In this document: in pieces, positions 26,192 to 39,989 of the stretch | How positions within the stretch are numbered: the stretch's first letter is position 1 | Layout: every line of letters begins with the position of its first letter | DNA from: the human T2T-CHM13v2.0 reference genome, Homo sapiens | Direction: 5' to 3' (one strand) | Length of the DNA: 64,000 nucleotides | Assembly (NCBI RefSeq): GCF_009914755.1 | Contig: NC_060926.1 | Made by a program: the position numbers and the translations under genes | The notes under the pieces: generated by a model | Told to the model about the DNA's origin: nothing | The model's database searches: none | Seen by the model: the letters and a program-made list of their open reading frames with translations, nothing else

Positions 26192-27449
26192 CATAGTGCT
26201 AGAAGTTCTGGCAAGGGCAATCAGGCAAGAAAATGAAGTAAAGGGTATTCAAACAGGAAGACAGGAAGTCAAATTGTCTCTGTTTGCAGATGACATGATT
26301 CTCTATTTAGAAAACCCCATTGTCTCAGCCCCAAAACTCCTTAAGCTGATAGGTAACTTCAACAAAGTCTCAGGATACAAAATCAATGTGCAAAAATCAC
26401 AAGCATTCCTATACACCAACAATAGACAAGCAGCCAAATCATGAATGAACTCCCATTCACAATTGCTACAAACAATAAAATACCTAGGAATACAGCTAAC
26501 AAATAATCAGAAGGGCTTCTTCAAGGAGAGCTACAAACCATTGCTCAAGAAAATAAGAGAGGACACAAACAAAGGAAAAACATTCCATCTTCATGGATAG
26601 GAAGAATTAATATCGTGAAAATGGCCATGCTGCCCAAAGTAATTCATAGATTCACTGCTATTCCCATCAAACTACGATTGACATTCTTCACAGAATTAGA
26701 AAAAAATTACTTTAAACTTCATATGGAACCAAAAAAGAGCTCGTATAGCCAAGACAATCCTAAGCAAAAAGAACAAACCTGGAGGCATCACCCTACCTGA
26801 CTTCAAAGTATACTACAAGTCTACAGTAACCAAAACAGCATGGTACTGGTACCAAAACAGACATATAGACCAATGGATCAGAACAGAGACCTCAGAAATA
26901 ACACCACGTATCTACAGCCATCTGATCTTCCACAAACCTGACAAAAACAAGCAATGGGGGAAGGATTGCCTATTTAATAAATGGTGCTGAGAAAACTGGC
27001 TAGCCATACAAAGAAAGCTGAAACTGGACCCCTTCCTTATGCCCTATACAAAAATTAACTCTCGATAGATTAAATGTAAAACCCAAAACCATAAAATCCT
27101 AGAATAAAGCCTAGGAAATACCATTCAGGACATAGGCATGGGCAAAGACTTTATGATGAAAATGCCAAAAACAATTGCGACAAAAGCAAAAATTGACAAA
27201 TGGTATCTAATTAAACTAAAGATCTTCTGCACAGCAAAAGAAACTATCATCAGAGTGAACAGGCAATCTACAGAATGGGAGAAAATTTTTGCAATCTACC
27301 CATCTGACAAATGTCTAATATACAGAATCTACAAGGAACTTAAACAAATTTACAAGAAAAAAACAACCCCATCAAGAAATGGGCAAAGGATGTGAACAGA
27401 CACTTCTCAAAAGAAGACATTTATGCAACCAACAAACATATGAAAAAAG

Positions 27450-27927
27450 TATTTCAGTACTTCAAAGGTGGTGTTCCATTGATCTTCTGTCTTGCAATGT
27501 TTCTGATAAGAAATTTCATGTAATTCTTTTTCCCTCATTATGTATTATATCTCTTTATTCTGGCTGCATTTTCTTTTTTAAGGCTTTCAGGAGCATAAAT
27601 ACAAAGTGTGTAGTTGTTTTGTCTTTGGTATTTATTCTGCTTGACATTTTCTGAGCTACTTGAATCAGTATATTTTATTATTTTGGGAAAACTCTTGGTC
27701 ATTATCTCTTCAGTATTTTTTTCTGTTTTATTCTCTCTCTTTTCCCTCTATTTGTATTGCAATCCCATCTTCTTCCCATATTGTTAGAATCCAGCTTACT
27801 TAGCTACCCTATAACCTAAACTTTCTGCTGGGTTAAGGAAAAATTATAATTTTGAAGGTTATCTGGCATTTAATTACTATTAAGCTAGGAGTAATTCACT
27901 TAGCAGCTTCCTACTTTCTTGTCAGAA
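27450..27927 (-). repeat. 478-bp inverted copy of 31605-32082 inserted in L1PA
   Basis: Line-by-line comparison shows identity to the reverse complement of 31605-32082, with a constant coordinate sum of 59532 at both ends (no net indel). The ORF track gives an identical peptide from both copies. Confidence 0.95.
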
Positions 27928-27955
27928 AACTATAAATGATCTTTGTTGATGGAAC
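27927..27955 (+). repeat. 29-bp direct copy of 24701-24729
   Basis: aaactataaatgatctttgttgatggaac occurs at both positions. Confidence 0.93.
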
Positions 27956-29100
27956 TGATCATTAGAGAAATGCAAATCAAAACCACAATGAGATACCATC
28001 TCATGACAGTCAGAATGGCAATTATTAAAAAGTCAAGAAACAATAGATGCTAGTGACACTGTGGATAAATAGGAACACTTTTACACTCTTGGTGGGGATA
28101 TAAATTAGTTCAACCATTGTGAAAGACAGTGTGGCGATTCCTCAAGGATCTAGAACCAGAAATACCATTTGACCCAGCAATCCCGTTACTGGGTATATAA
28201 CCAAAGGAATATAAATCATTCTACTATAAAGACACATACACACGTATATTTTTTTTGCAGCACTATTTACAATAGCAAAGACATGGAACCAACGCAAATG
28301 CCCATCACTGACAGACTGGATACATATACACCATAGAATACTATGCAGCCATTAAAAGGAATGAGATCATGTCCTTTGCAGGGGCATGGATGAAGCTGGA
28401 AGCCATTATCCTCAGCAAACTAACATAGGAACAGAAAACCAAACACAAGTTCTCACTCATAAGTGGGAGTTGAACAATGAGAACACATGGACACAGGGAG
28501 GGGAACAACACACACCGGGGCCAGCCAGGGGGTTGGGGTGCGATGGGAGAGAGAGCATTAGGACAAATAGCTAATGCATGTGGGGCTTAAAACCTAGATG
28601 ATGGGTTGATAGGTGTGCCAAACCACCATGGCACACATATACTTATGTAACAAACCTACACATTCTGTACTTGTAACCCAGAACTTAAGGTAAAATAAAA
28701 AATTAATTAATTAATTAAAAAATTATCAATAAGGGAAGGTGCAAAGAGTTCCTAATGCTATTCCCTGTTTCTGGGTGGTAGATGAAGGCACACAAAAGAA
28801 CTCGTATGCTTTGTTGTGGCAAGGAAGGATTTGCTAATGCAACTAAATTAGCTTTAAATAATGTCCATTTAGGTTAATTTATTTATTCTACAAATGATCG
28901 TTAAACTAAGATTCAAATGACAAAAAAAAAAGTAGCCAACTGTGAGAAATTCCAGGGAAGAACACTCCAGCAAAACTTCATACAAATACATTCAGGCAGG
29001 ATCTGTTTGATATCTCTAAGGAACAGAAATTACCAGTATGGCCAGATGCTTCAAATTAATATTTTCCTCTTACGTGGCAAAAGTTTCTCATAGGCTCTTG

Positions 29101-29343
29101 TTTTTTTTTTTTTGAGATGGAGTCTCGCTCTGTCACCCAGGCTGGAGTGCAGTGGCACGATCTAGGCTCACTGCAAGCTCCGCCTCCCAGGTTCACGCCA
29201 TTCTCGTGCCTCAGCCTCCCGAGGAACTGGGACTACAGGTGCCCGCCACCACACCCGGCTAATTTTTTGTATTTCTAGTAGAAACGGGGTTTCACCATGT
29301 TAGCCAGGATAGTCTCAATCTCCTGACCTCGTGATCCGCCTGC
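29101..29343 (-). mobile_element. AluY, 5'-truncated
   Basis: ctgcaagctccgcctccc.ggttcacgccattctc; ends at gtgatccgcctgc. Confidence 0.9.
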
Positions 29344-31059
29344 TTACCTTAACCTTTAATATGATACATATTTAGATCTAGGAGTACATTACCCCTACCT
29401 GAAGAAGAGTATGTTAGTCTTTATCCTGGCCATTTTCCACATGGATGCTGGGAGAATGAATGCATAGGATATGTTAACTTTATATAATAAATATAAAGAT
29501 GTATAAAGACAATTATAAAGATAAGTAATGCGCTGACAAGTACAGAACCTAATCTGGCAATCATTTATGTTTTGCAGTACTGTTGGAGTAAAGTGGGATC
29601 TCTTATCTCTACTCAGTGATAATTTGATTATAAGCAAAAGATCTTATAAATATAAAACCATATATAATTTACGTTTAACTGGATGGGATATGAATAGCAA
29701 AAGAGGAGACATTTAGTAGAAGGTACCACTTTTTGAAGAAATCCAGTGGTGAAGAAAAGACAGGGTAGAAAGTTTGTTACAGAGATGGGATGGACAAGAA
29801 AAAGTTGTATTTGTTGGTTTGAGACATAATGAACAGTCATTTATCAGACACCTTCATTACTGATATACCTGAGAAATCAATGTAATCAATTTCTGGATGC
29901 AGAAATTGTTTTCATAATAGTGAAAATGTGAAGTTAAAAGTGTGAAAATCAACTCTGTACCTGCCCCTGTAAAACATATATAAGTTTTCATTTTGAGGGA
30001 TATAGTAAGGTAATAATAATATGCAATTATTGGAAATGATGGTCAACATCAAGCCACCATTTCTCAACCTGAAAGGTAAACTAAAAACTTTTCTCAGCAA
30101 CAGTCACTTGTTTCCATTCCAAGTTGGGAAGCAAGAGAAAGTTGATAATTTTTATTTTCAGACTAATTCTACTTTAATTTACAATTTTTTTCAACCACTT
30201 TATATATTCACTCATTCGACCATGCTAACATTTCCTTCCCTAAAATTCTATAACACTTACTAACCTAAATTTTTAATTCCCTACATATCATATGCTGGTG
30301 TATACTATTATTTATCCTTTCATATGATTATGTTTATCACCTCAGTAGACTATGGCTCCTTAAGAGAAAAAATCAAGACTAAATCTTTTTGAAACTTTTT
30401 GTGAGCTGGATTCCCATAAATTGACTAATTGGTCAGTATATGATCAAAAAGCAACACTGGCCACTTTATTAATTCTATTCATGTTTAGCAAAGATTTGTA
30501 TAACCTTTATCTAAGTAATAACTAAAAACTTAAATATAAAAGCACATGACTATTGCCAAAAATGGAGATAGATCATGGAGTAAGGCCATAATTATCTAAA
30601 GAGTAAGATTCACAAAGGTATAATACCTTTTAGTCAAGAGCTTTAATTTGTTTAGAGGGAAATAAAGCATTTATTAAAGGTACAATAACATATAAAAATG
30701 TCCATCATACTTTTGAAAGCTCTTAACTAGGCACAAGGGCAAAAAAAGGCATGGTCACACCCACTACAAGCAAACAGATGTTTATAACCAAAGCAGAAAG
30801 GGACATAGAGGGGTGGTGGTGAGTATTCTCTTCAAAAGGTTTATCTTCTCTTTAGAATCTAGAACAGCCACAAAGTTGTTTCTTTAAGTCATCAAGCTGT
30901 ACTGTGGCTAATCAAAAAGTAAAATAAAAGTCAGAACCCTAAGAATCCAATTATAAAAGCCTGTACAATTCAAAGTTCTAATTTTGTAAAAATACAGCGA
31001 AACAAAATTTTCTACAGATAAAATACAATAAATGCCCAAAGGAAGCAACATAAGTGTAC

Positions 31060-31410
31060 TTGGATTTCTCATTTTACTCCACCAGATTTATTCTCCATCC
31101 TTCTTTGTACATCACTATATCCTACAAGTTGACCATTACAGGTTGCATCAACAGACACTCTTGTCCTCTGGCTTTTTATTGGGGTTAGGCCAATGGAAAG
31201 CACAGTAGGGGATTGAAAGGCAGAAAGAGAATGAGGTCAGGGCACTGATTCTCCCAATCCTCTCTTGCCAGCTGTGGTTAGAGAGTGGCTACAGTCCAGT
31301 GAAGTAGCTTTTTCCTACAGTTACATCTCCTCAGGTTCAATAACTTCTCTCTTCCTTGCACCTTCAGGCTCAAGGGTAATAAAGGCAGGCCCTGGGTTCT
31401 GTACCATCTT
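31060..31410 (+). mobile_element. LTR33-like ERVL LTR fragment
   Basis: cttgtcctctggcttt...ggccaatggaaagcac...gagaatgaggtcaggg. Confidence 0.6.
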
Positions 31411-31749
31411 TTTGGTCTTACTTTGATGGCATAAATAATACCTTGATGGTATAAAAAATAAATTAACTAAACAACTAATCCAAATTAAGAGTTGGAGAAT
31501 AGGGAGGCAGAAAGAAGCAGAAATGTACTAATTTTCACATCTTTAATTGCTCAAAGCTGTTAGATAATACCTCAAAATAAATATGGAATTAGAGGGCTTT
31601 TAACTTCTGACAAGAAAGTAGGAAGCTGCTAAGTGAATTACTCCTAGCTTAATAGTAATTAAATGCCAGATAACCTTCAAAATTATAATTTTTCCTTAAC
31701 CCAGCAGAAAGTTTAGGTTATAGGGTAGCTAAGTAAGCTGGATTCTAAC

Positions 31750-33620
31750 AATATGGGAAGAAGATGGGATTGCAATACAAATAGAGGGAAAAGAGAGAGA
31801 ATAAAACAGAAAAAAATACTGAAGAGATAATGACCAAGAGTTTTCCCAAAATAATAAAATATACTGATTCAAGTAGCTCAGAAAATGTCAAGCAGAATAA
31901 ATACCAAAGACAAAACAACTACACACTTTGTATTTATGCTCCTGAAAGCCTTAAAAAAGAAAATGCAGCCAGAATAAAGAGATATAATACATAATGAGGG
32001 AAAAAGAATTACATGAAATTTCTTATCAGAAACATTGCAAGACAGAAGATCAATGGAACACCACCTTTGAAGTACTGAAATAAAAAAAAATGTCAATCAA
32101 AAATTCTTTCCCCAGCAAGCTATCTTTCAAAATTAAGAGGAAATAATGGCTTTCTTTCACACAAACAATAACTAATGTAAGTCCTTACTGGCAGTCCTGT
32201 ACTACAAGAAATGTTAAAGTTCTTCAGACAAAAGAAATATCATGGAAACCTGGATCTACACACACACAAATATAAGATCTTTAGAAATAGTTAAAGTGAA
32301 GGTAAACATTTTATTTAAAAAACAAAAAAGACTATTATTTTTACTCTAAAATATAATTGAATCTCTAAAGCAACAATATTAGCAATTATATAAAAAGTTA
32401 ATTATATGATAAAGGTAGAACAAAAGATGTGAAAAGGAATTGGAAAAATACTGTTGGAAAGTTTAACAATACATATGATGATTAACCTTCATTAAAAATG
32501 CATATCCTAAAGCCTAGCAACCACTAACAAAATATTAAAAAGAGGTTTTAATAATAAGTCCATGAAATGATACAAAATACTTAGTTAATCCAAAGGAGGC
32601 AGACTTAACATATTTAAAGGGAAAATTCAAAAATTGGAAGATACAAGTTAAGAAAATATACAGAATGCAACACAGGAAAACAATAAAATGAGAAACATGA
32701 AAGGCACAAGAAGTAATAGAGATTAGAGTACACGGTACTAACAAATATCTAATTAGAATCCTAGAAGGAGGGAAACAAGAAAATGGAAAAGAGATATTCA
32801 AAAAGATAATGGCTAATAATTTTCCAAAGTTAGAAATTACCTTGATTCTAAAGTTAGAGAAATGTAAAAAAACCTAAGAAGGATAAATACAAATAAAATA
32901 ATCAATAAACACATTGCATTGAAACTGTAGCACATCAAAGACAAAGCATTACAAAAACAGCATGAGGAAAATAAAGACAAACTGCTTTGAAGGGAACAAC
33001 ATATAAGCTAAGAGCTAATTTCTCAACAACAATAAAAATCAGAAGGCAGTGGAATTCTCAAGAGATATGCTTTAGGAAGAAAAAAGTTATCTCGGAAAAG
33101 ACATCTGAGGTACAAAAGGAAAACACAAGCAAGGAAAAGTGATATACAAATAGGTAAATCTAAATAATCCATTGATCATATAAAACATTTTTAAATCTAG
33201 TCTGTTAATAAAAATAGAATAAAACTAAAATTATATATATTATATATGCACATATAATAATAAATATATATTCATAGAATTTGAGAAGTAAAGCATTTTA
33301 AGCTCCTGTTTTAGCTGGTAAGAGATTAAAGATATTATTTTTAGGCTGTTAATTTTAATATGTGTGTTAAAATACCTAGGATAATAATTAAAAGGGTAAA
33401 AATTAAATGCAAAAAACACAATCTAGCAGTGGGGGGAGAATACAATGTGAACCATAAACAAAATGCACTAAACTCCTCCCTGCAAAAGCAAGAGAGTAGA
33501 AAATAGGAAAAGAGAAAAAGTAGAATAAATCAAAAGAATAAAATGCAATGTTAAATGTAATTCACAGAAAATGTGAATAAACAGATTTATGCAGTTAAAA
33601 GCAACAGATTATCAGACCAG
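31750..33620 (+). mobile_element. Ancient L1M ORF1-region fragments
   Basis: A-rich degenerate ORF1 text (gaagagataatgaccaagagttttccc; aaaagataatggctaataattttccaa). Boundaries approximate. Confidence 0.55.
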
Positions 33621-35107
33621 CAATAGACTGTTCAGAATTCTCATGTGTTGAGAAAAGACAGGAGTTGGAATGAATGAAAGAGAGGTGAGAAGAACAAGTG
33701 GAGACTAGAATAACCTTGACTTAGTGAAGAAGCAGTAAGTAAACTGGTCAGATGTGGCAGAGTGTTCACATTTAGAAGCAGTAGAAATTAATTTCTCCAG
33801 GTTTAGAATTCATGTGGTAGAAAATTGTGAGCTACTGAGCAAAAGAAAGAATGATAATAGTAGTACATAAGTGTGGAGGGTAAATTGACATTGATGGGTT
33901 AGAGTGTGAGATTCCATAACTCACTCTGAGGAAGATAATACTATGGGCATGATGAATTTGAGAATCATCTTTAAAATCATTATCTTTGTTGGGAGATTTG
34001 GCAAGACAGTAAGGATGAGGATAAGAGGGCAGGAAAGTGGAATCAGAGACATAAAATTCATTTATTAACCTTTTCTAGTTACCAATTTTGATTTCACTAC
34101 CTATTAAACTTTCTAATCTGAAAATGAACTTATTTATTCTTCAAAAGAGTTCTGCTTAACAGCTCATTCTTCCAGAATGATACAATTACTGATACATTTC
34201 AAACCCCTCCTCTAAGTATTTTTTCCTATGGTAGAATGGAAATGCATTAAAATGCTAAAAATGAAGTTCAAATTCAGTAACTTTCCATTGGCACAGATAA
34301 AATGTAAATCTGTAATGCAGCCCTTTAATGTATATTTTGGAAAGAAAAGAAAAGATGAGTACTTGAAACATATGTACAGGTCAAAGAAATACAATGAGGA
34401 TATATCATGACCGTAATATAATCGCCCTGCCTTATTTATTTGCACCCTCCCAAATCTAAAAGTGGCATTGCTTTCAAGTTTTAGCCAAAAAAGCATAGAA
34501 TGAACTTAAATACAATGTAGTCAAGAACCAAACACCAGAACTCTAACTTATAATCAACACACCCATCCCATAAATACAGGAGAAACTCTAGTGGAGTGGT
34601 AGAATTACAGGGAGCAGACCAGTATTTGCTTTGGCAGATGTGGAGTCTGTGCAAATAGGAACACAGCTGTATGCAGAATACTTTAGTGTTTCTAAAACTG
34701 CTGAATTAGACATAAAGAAATACCCAAAGTTGCAATGTATCGGCAAGTTTACAGAACAAAGTGCCATTTTGATATTTTAAAATTTTTTTACAGAATCTGT
34801 CATCTGTACTAAGCACTTTTGTCACCTTGTTAGCTGTAATGCAATACTTCCAGTTTCATGGTCGAGGCCACGCCCTACTTACATGGTTACAGTTCTTTTC
34901 TTACTTTAGAGACTTTATTATTTTCCACAAGTATATTCCGAACTCCAGAGGAACTGGTGACTCTTTAGCCTAAAAGAGACTTAATTAAATGTATAATTAG
35001 TTACATATGTGTGAAAATTTCAATAAAAGTGAAATATCTCACACTGAAGTTCAGAAAAGCAATGCTAGAAAATTATTGAGAATAAAATTGGAGAACTTAG
35101 TCTGTAA

Positions 35108-35444
<337 letters not shown>

Positions 35445-36499
35445 AGAATGAAGCATTTTCACATAAAGCTCTTTGAATTCCCCAATGTTGTAAATTATGC
35501 TATTTTATAGAGAAGTTTAGGTCGCTTTAACATTTCAAAAATGAAAATGAAAGAGAAGCACCATTCCATTCATCAAGCAGGGCTTTGCCCAAAGATGTTT
35601 GCTAATTGAATAATGACTAAATATCCCCATAGTACCTTACTTCTCCCACTCTTCAAAATTTTAAGGACTTCTTTCTTAAAAGAATCTACTGCAACCTACG
35701 TTGTTTCTAAACTAGGAGTTCATGTGTGTCTACTTCCCTGCTGATTCAGCTTTAGATCTGTATGACTCATATTTCAGTAATTCTTAAATTGTCTTACATA
35801 CACTTTCGAACTAATGAATCCATTTCATCTTTAAACTTTAATTTCAGCATGCTAGGGTATCTCTCTCCTTTAATTCATTTTTCCTTTAGATTTCTGTCCT
35901 AATACTATAAAAATATGGGGACTTAATCAAAGACCACAAACAGGTTCCATCCTGTGGCTTAACTCCTGATTGATTCATGTGACTGCCTGGAGGATTGTAG
36001 TGGGAAGAGCCTGAGTACAAGTCTCTATCTTGTCTTGGATTAATTATGTTGTGTTGAATTAATTATGTCTTCTATGGGCTTGGAATGGTGGAGTGAGAAG
36101 TGGTAGAATACCTGCGATTTATTTGTGACCCCAGGTCTTGGGATCTCCTGGTAGATATTAATGTTTTATCTCATAAAACTCTAAACTAGTTAAAACTACC
36201 ACACATCTTTCTGCAGCATTCTCTGTAGTTTTTCACACCTGGAAATAGGGAAGGAGACTCCTAACACCGTTATCCTAACAACAGTGACACTTGATCTCTG
36301 TTTCACTGAAGGATTTTATTGATAGTCACCTCTACCTCCCACCTTTATGTTGAGTCATTTATAAAGAAGCAAAGAAGTATAATTTCTTCACACAAGAATA
36401 TGGAGACTCCTGCCTTAAAAACACAGCTTATTCTGTTTCCCATTTTGTTAGCCAAAAGAGAAGAAATCTTTAAAGAGGCCAAAATATCTGAATTAACCA

Positions 36500-36690
36500 A
36501 AGAACATTTGTGTTCACTCTATACCAGACACTGTGCTAAGTGCTTTATGTGGATTATTTCATTAGCACAGACATTTAGTCCTGGAGATGTTCAGTAATGT
36601 GTTCAGGGACCCAGTGCTGGTGAGTAGCAGAAAAGGAATATGAACCCAGGAAATCAAATCCCAAATCTCATGTTCTTAATTACAATGTGA
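36500..36690 (-). mobile_element. MIR
   Basis: ccagacactgtgctaagtgctttatgtggattatttcatt. Confidence 0.65.
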
Positions 36691-38879
36691 GGTTACTTTT
36701 CTAAACAAGGCAATGGCCACTTCTAGTTTTCAGCAAAATAATGGAACTGAATGCTGATGTTCAGAAACAGCAGTTTATATTTGGCCTTGGGTTTGATTCT
36801 TATGTTCATAACCTACTTGTTACCTGAGTCACTATGAACCACTCTTCCCTTGAATGGAAAATGGAAGCAATGTTCCCTAAATGGTGAAATTAATATGAAG
36901 ATTAGTAAAGTAATTGCATATAGGACACCTGGCCCATAGTAAATGTCAGTAATTATTGGTTATCTACATTCATATTTTAATTTCTTGTGATTCCTATAGT
37001 AATAAGACCTTTAGGTTTAAAAAAACATAATTTACTAGAGAAGCAAAAATAATGATTTTTTATGAATTAGAAGTTTGTATAACATAATAGAATTAGGATA
37101 TCACATTTATTAGAAAAATTGGTGGAAGTTTTAAGTAATTATAGAACAACTTCTTATTACCCCACCAAAATCCTGTGTCTTAAAATAAACTGTTTAAAGT
37201 AGGAGAGTGATAAGCTCCTCCCCATTTAACAAACTGCTGTTACCATTTCTTAAGTCTGCGGTAAACTTTTCGATGATTACTAGGTGTGTATATCACATAA
37301 CAGCCCAGGAGTAAAGGAGCTAAGTAGGGAACAGGAAACTAGGGAAAAAGCTAGTTTAAGTGAATTCAGGCTCACTGGTGGACTCCATAGAAAGGATGTG
37401 TAGTTAGGACTATGTCAAAGCTGGGAAGTGGGGAACCGGGAAGGGCAGGGAGTTACCATAATCACATAAACAAATGGCAAGAGCAAGAACAGCCAAGACT
37501 GAACCAACCATATGCTGAAAGAAGCTTAAAGCGGGTAAATTCAACAAAGCAGTAGATGTACAGCATCCCAGACCAAATTCTGCTGTCTTTATCTGTTATG
37601 ACACTCTCAGAAACCTAAGGGCCTACACTCAGCTTGAACAGAGGGCACATATGCTTTCATGCTACATGTGTGTGCCCTTTAGACCAACTGCATGCTGAGG
37701 CACAAATAGTAGTTGCCTATATATCCCTGTATATTGTAATTTGAGAATATAAGAAGTTTCTTCTCCAAAATACACCCTGGGATGGATAGAAGTTCTACAA
37801 GCAAAGGAGTGGTCCCCTGTTAAAACCATGAAGGACTAGGGCCAAGTCTGAATAACCACCAGAGGAAAGGAAAATCTTTCCTTATTTGTCATTTACAAAG
37901 ACTTACCTGAAACAGTATCTGCCCAACCTATTCACACTGAGAGCAATTTTGAGGAAGTTGCTTGAGATCAATAAAATATGGGGGACACGGGGAAGGCATG
38001 AAGAGCCACAGAGGACAGCAGGATTGTGAAAGATGACTTTGGAAGATTTGGATAACAATGACACATACTCGAAAGTTGTGTAGAATTGGCCCAAGGTACT
38101 CTGATAATTTGTTTCAACTGAATTTTGAGCAGTGATTAAATAAGAACCTGTAAATTCTATTAAATGCAGAAGCCTAAATTAAAATTGTTTTATTTGTCTT
38201 GTAACATTGCCAACAATTTTTATAAATCATTCTAATGTACACTTTTAAGAATAACAAATGTACTTTTGTAAACATAACCTTGGATTTTATGCAAAAGACT
38301 GAAAAATAACCATGTTTGCACTTAAAAGATTGGAAAATATTTTTTGAAGTAAACTAGTAATACCAATGCAGATCAAAAGAAAATTTAGTTTTCTGTTTGG
38401 GTATGCTAAATTGGAATTAAATTAGGATATGTGTATGACTTTTCAAACTTAAACTAGAGGAATGTGAATTGGAGTTTCATATTATGGTATTTTCAAAAAT
38501 TGGCTGCATTTTCTCATTGACTCCTCTAATCCTTTTTTTTAACTTTTACTAAACAAAATATTTTTGTATCACTGACCCATATTTTCAAAATTATGTCAAA
38601 AATAACTCAAGAAAAAAATTAACAAATATTTTAGCTTCCATTCTATTAAATGTAAGTTACAAAGCACTTGCTTTGTTATTTTACAATTTCAATTAATTCC
38701 CTTTAATAGCATTCACCAGTCATACAATTCTGTTATCAAGCATCCATTAAATGCCAGTTTCTGGTCTTAGTGCTAAGGTTTGCAAAGATCAATAACCTGC
38801 CTACAGGAAGTGTACATGCTAGCTAGTTAGAAAAGATAGTAAATAAATACAATACAATGAAATAAGTATTCTAGGTCAC

Positions 38880-39600
38880 TTCTTCTAGCCAAATTTCTCA
38901 AACAACTTCTCCATGTTAGCTGTCTCCATTTTCACTACCTCATTCTTCACTCTACTCCACTTAGCAGAGCAATCACTCTACTGAAAAGGATAAAGGATCC
39001 CCCTATGATCATTAATGAGGTCACTAAATCCAGTGCAAAAATCTGTATGATTATCTTACTAAGCCTCAGTAACATTCAAAACTGTTGCTAATCCATCCTT
39101 TTGAATTTTTTTCTCACTGTTTCTGTTCCTCTTGTTTCTGATCGCTACTCTTGCCATTTGGGGTCATCCGCTTTGACTCAACTTTAATTGTTAAAGTTAT
39201 TAAAAATTTAGCCATAATTCTCTGTTTTGCCTTGCTCTCCTCTCCTACTAAGACCTTAGAGTGTGCATGCTAGAAATTCCAAATGTATTTCTCCAGTTAG
39301 CTATTACTTTTGAGCTACGAAGTCATTTATGCAACAATCCTCTCAACTCCCCTCTTAAATGTTCAAAGGGATATCAAAGTCAACTTGACTAAATCCAAAT
39401 TCATTACTGCTCCCCTCCAACCCACCCTCCTTTGCCTAGTTACCCCCTTGTTACCTCCAATTCCAGTTCAAAAGTCACTTCCTCAGGGTACTCCACATAG
39501 CAGGAACCAAGGATGTTTTGTTCATTGTTGTACAGTGCTTTGCACAATGTCCATTACATAATAAGGAGTCCATACACACTTGATTTGAATGAATGAACAA
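38880..39600 (+). mobile_element. L2 fragments with 3' end
   Basis: Ends tttgttcattgttgtac...tgaatgaatgaa. Confidence 0.55.
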
Positions 39601-39989
39601 ACAATCTATAGAAGTACAGAGGAACAGGTCATTAATTTTATCCAGAACTCTCAGTTTAATGAAGGAGCTGACTCTTAAAGAATGAATAGGATTTTGTCAA
39701 TAAAAAGGATGGCAGAAGAGGCAACAGATGCAAAACAATGGAGGGATGAAATACTTCAGGAGAATGAAACAAGAACTGCAGAGCAAAGGTCATGGTGCAG
39801 AAGGGACTGGAAGTTAGGAGGCAGGATAAGGGCAGTGATAAGAATAGAAACGAAGGATTGGGAAAAGAGCTGAAAAATTCTATTTTGACCAGAATTTGAG
39901 GAATCTGAACTTTATCCTACAGGCAATGAGAAGCCACTGGATGTGAAAGTTAAGGAAGAGAGATGATCTGTGTTTTAGAAAGTATACTA

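Larger units (their letters stand above)
26190..28722 (+). mobile_element. L1PA (about L1PA7/8-like) ORF2 3' part and 3' UTR, interrupted by a templated insertion
   Basis: [13 protein letters not shown]...[10 protein letters not shown]; frameshifts and stops; 3' UTR ggacaaatagctaatgcatgtggggcttaaaacctagatg; A-rich tail. Confidence 0.93.

Noticed and set aside
25871-27395. Reverse-transcriptase-like ORFs
   Set aside because: Frameshifted fragments of a dead L1 ORF2, not an intact gene or a novel RT system.
27379-27654. 91-aa ORF and its twin at 31878-32096 with an identical peptide
   Set aside because: By-product of the 478-bp inverted copy of antisense ancient L1 sequence; no coding hallmarks.
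35763-36357. Isolated AP-1 heptamers (35763, 36351; also 47591, 63399)
   Set aside because: Several single 7-mers are expected in 64 kb, and I saw no convincing co-clustered motifs.
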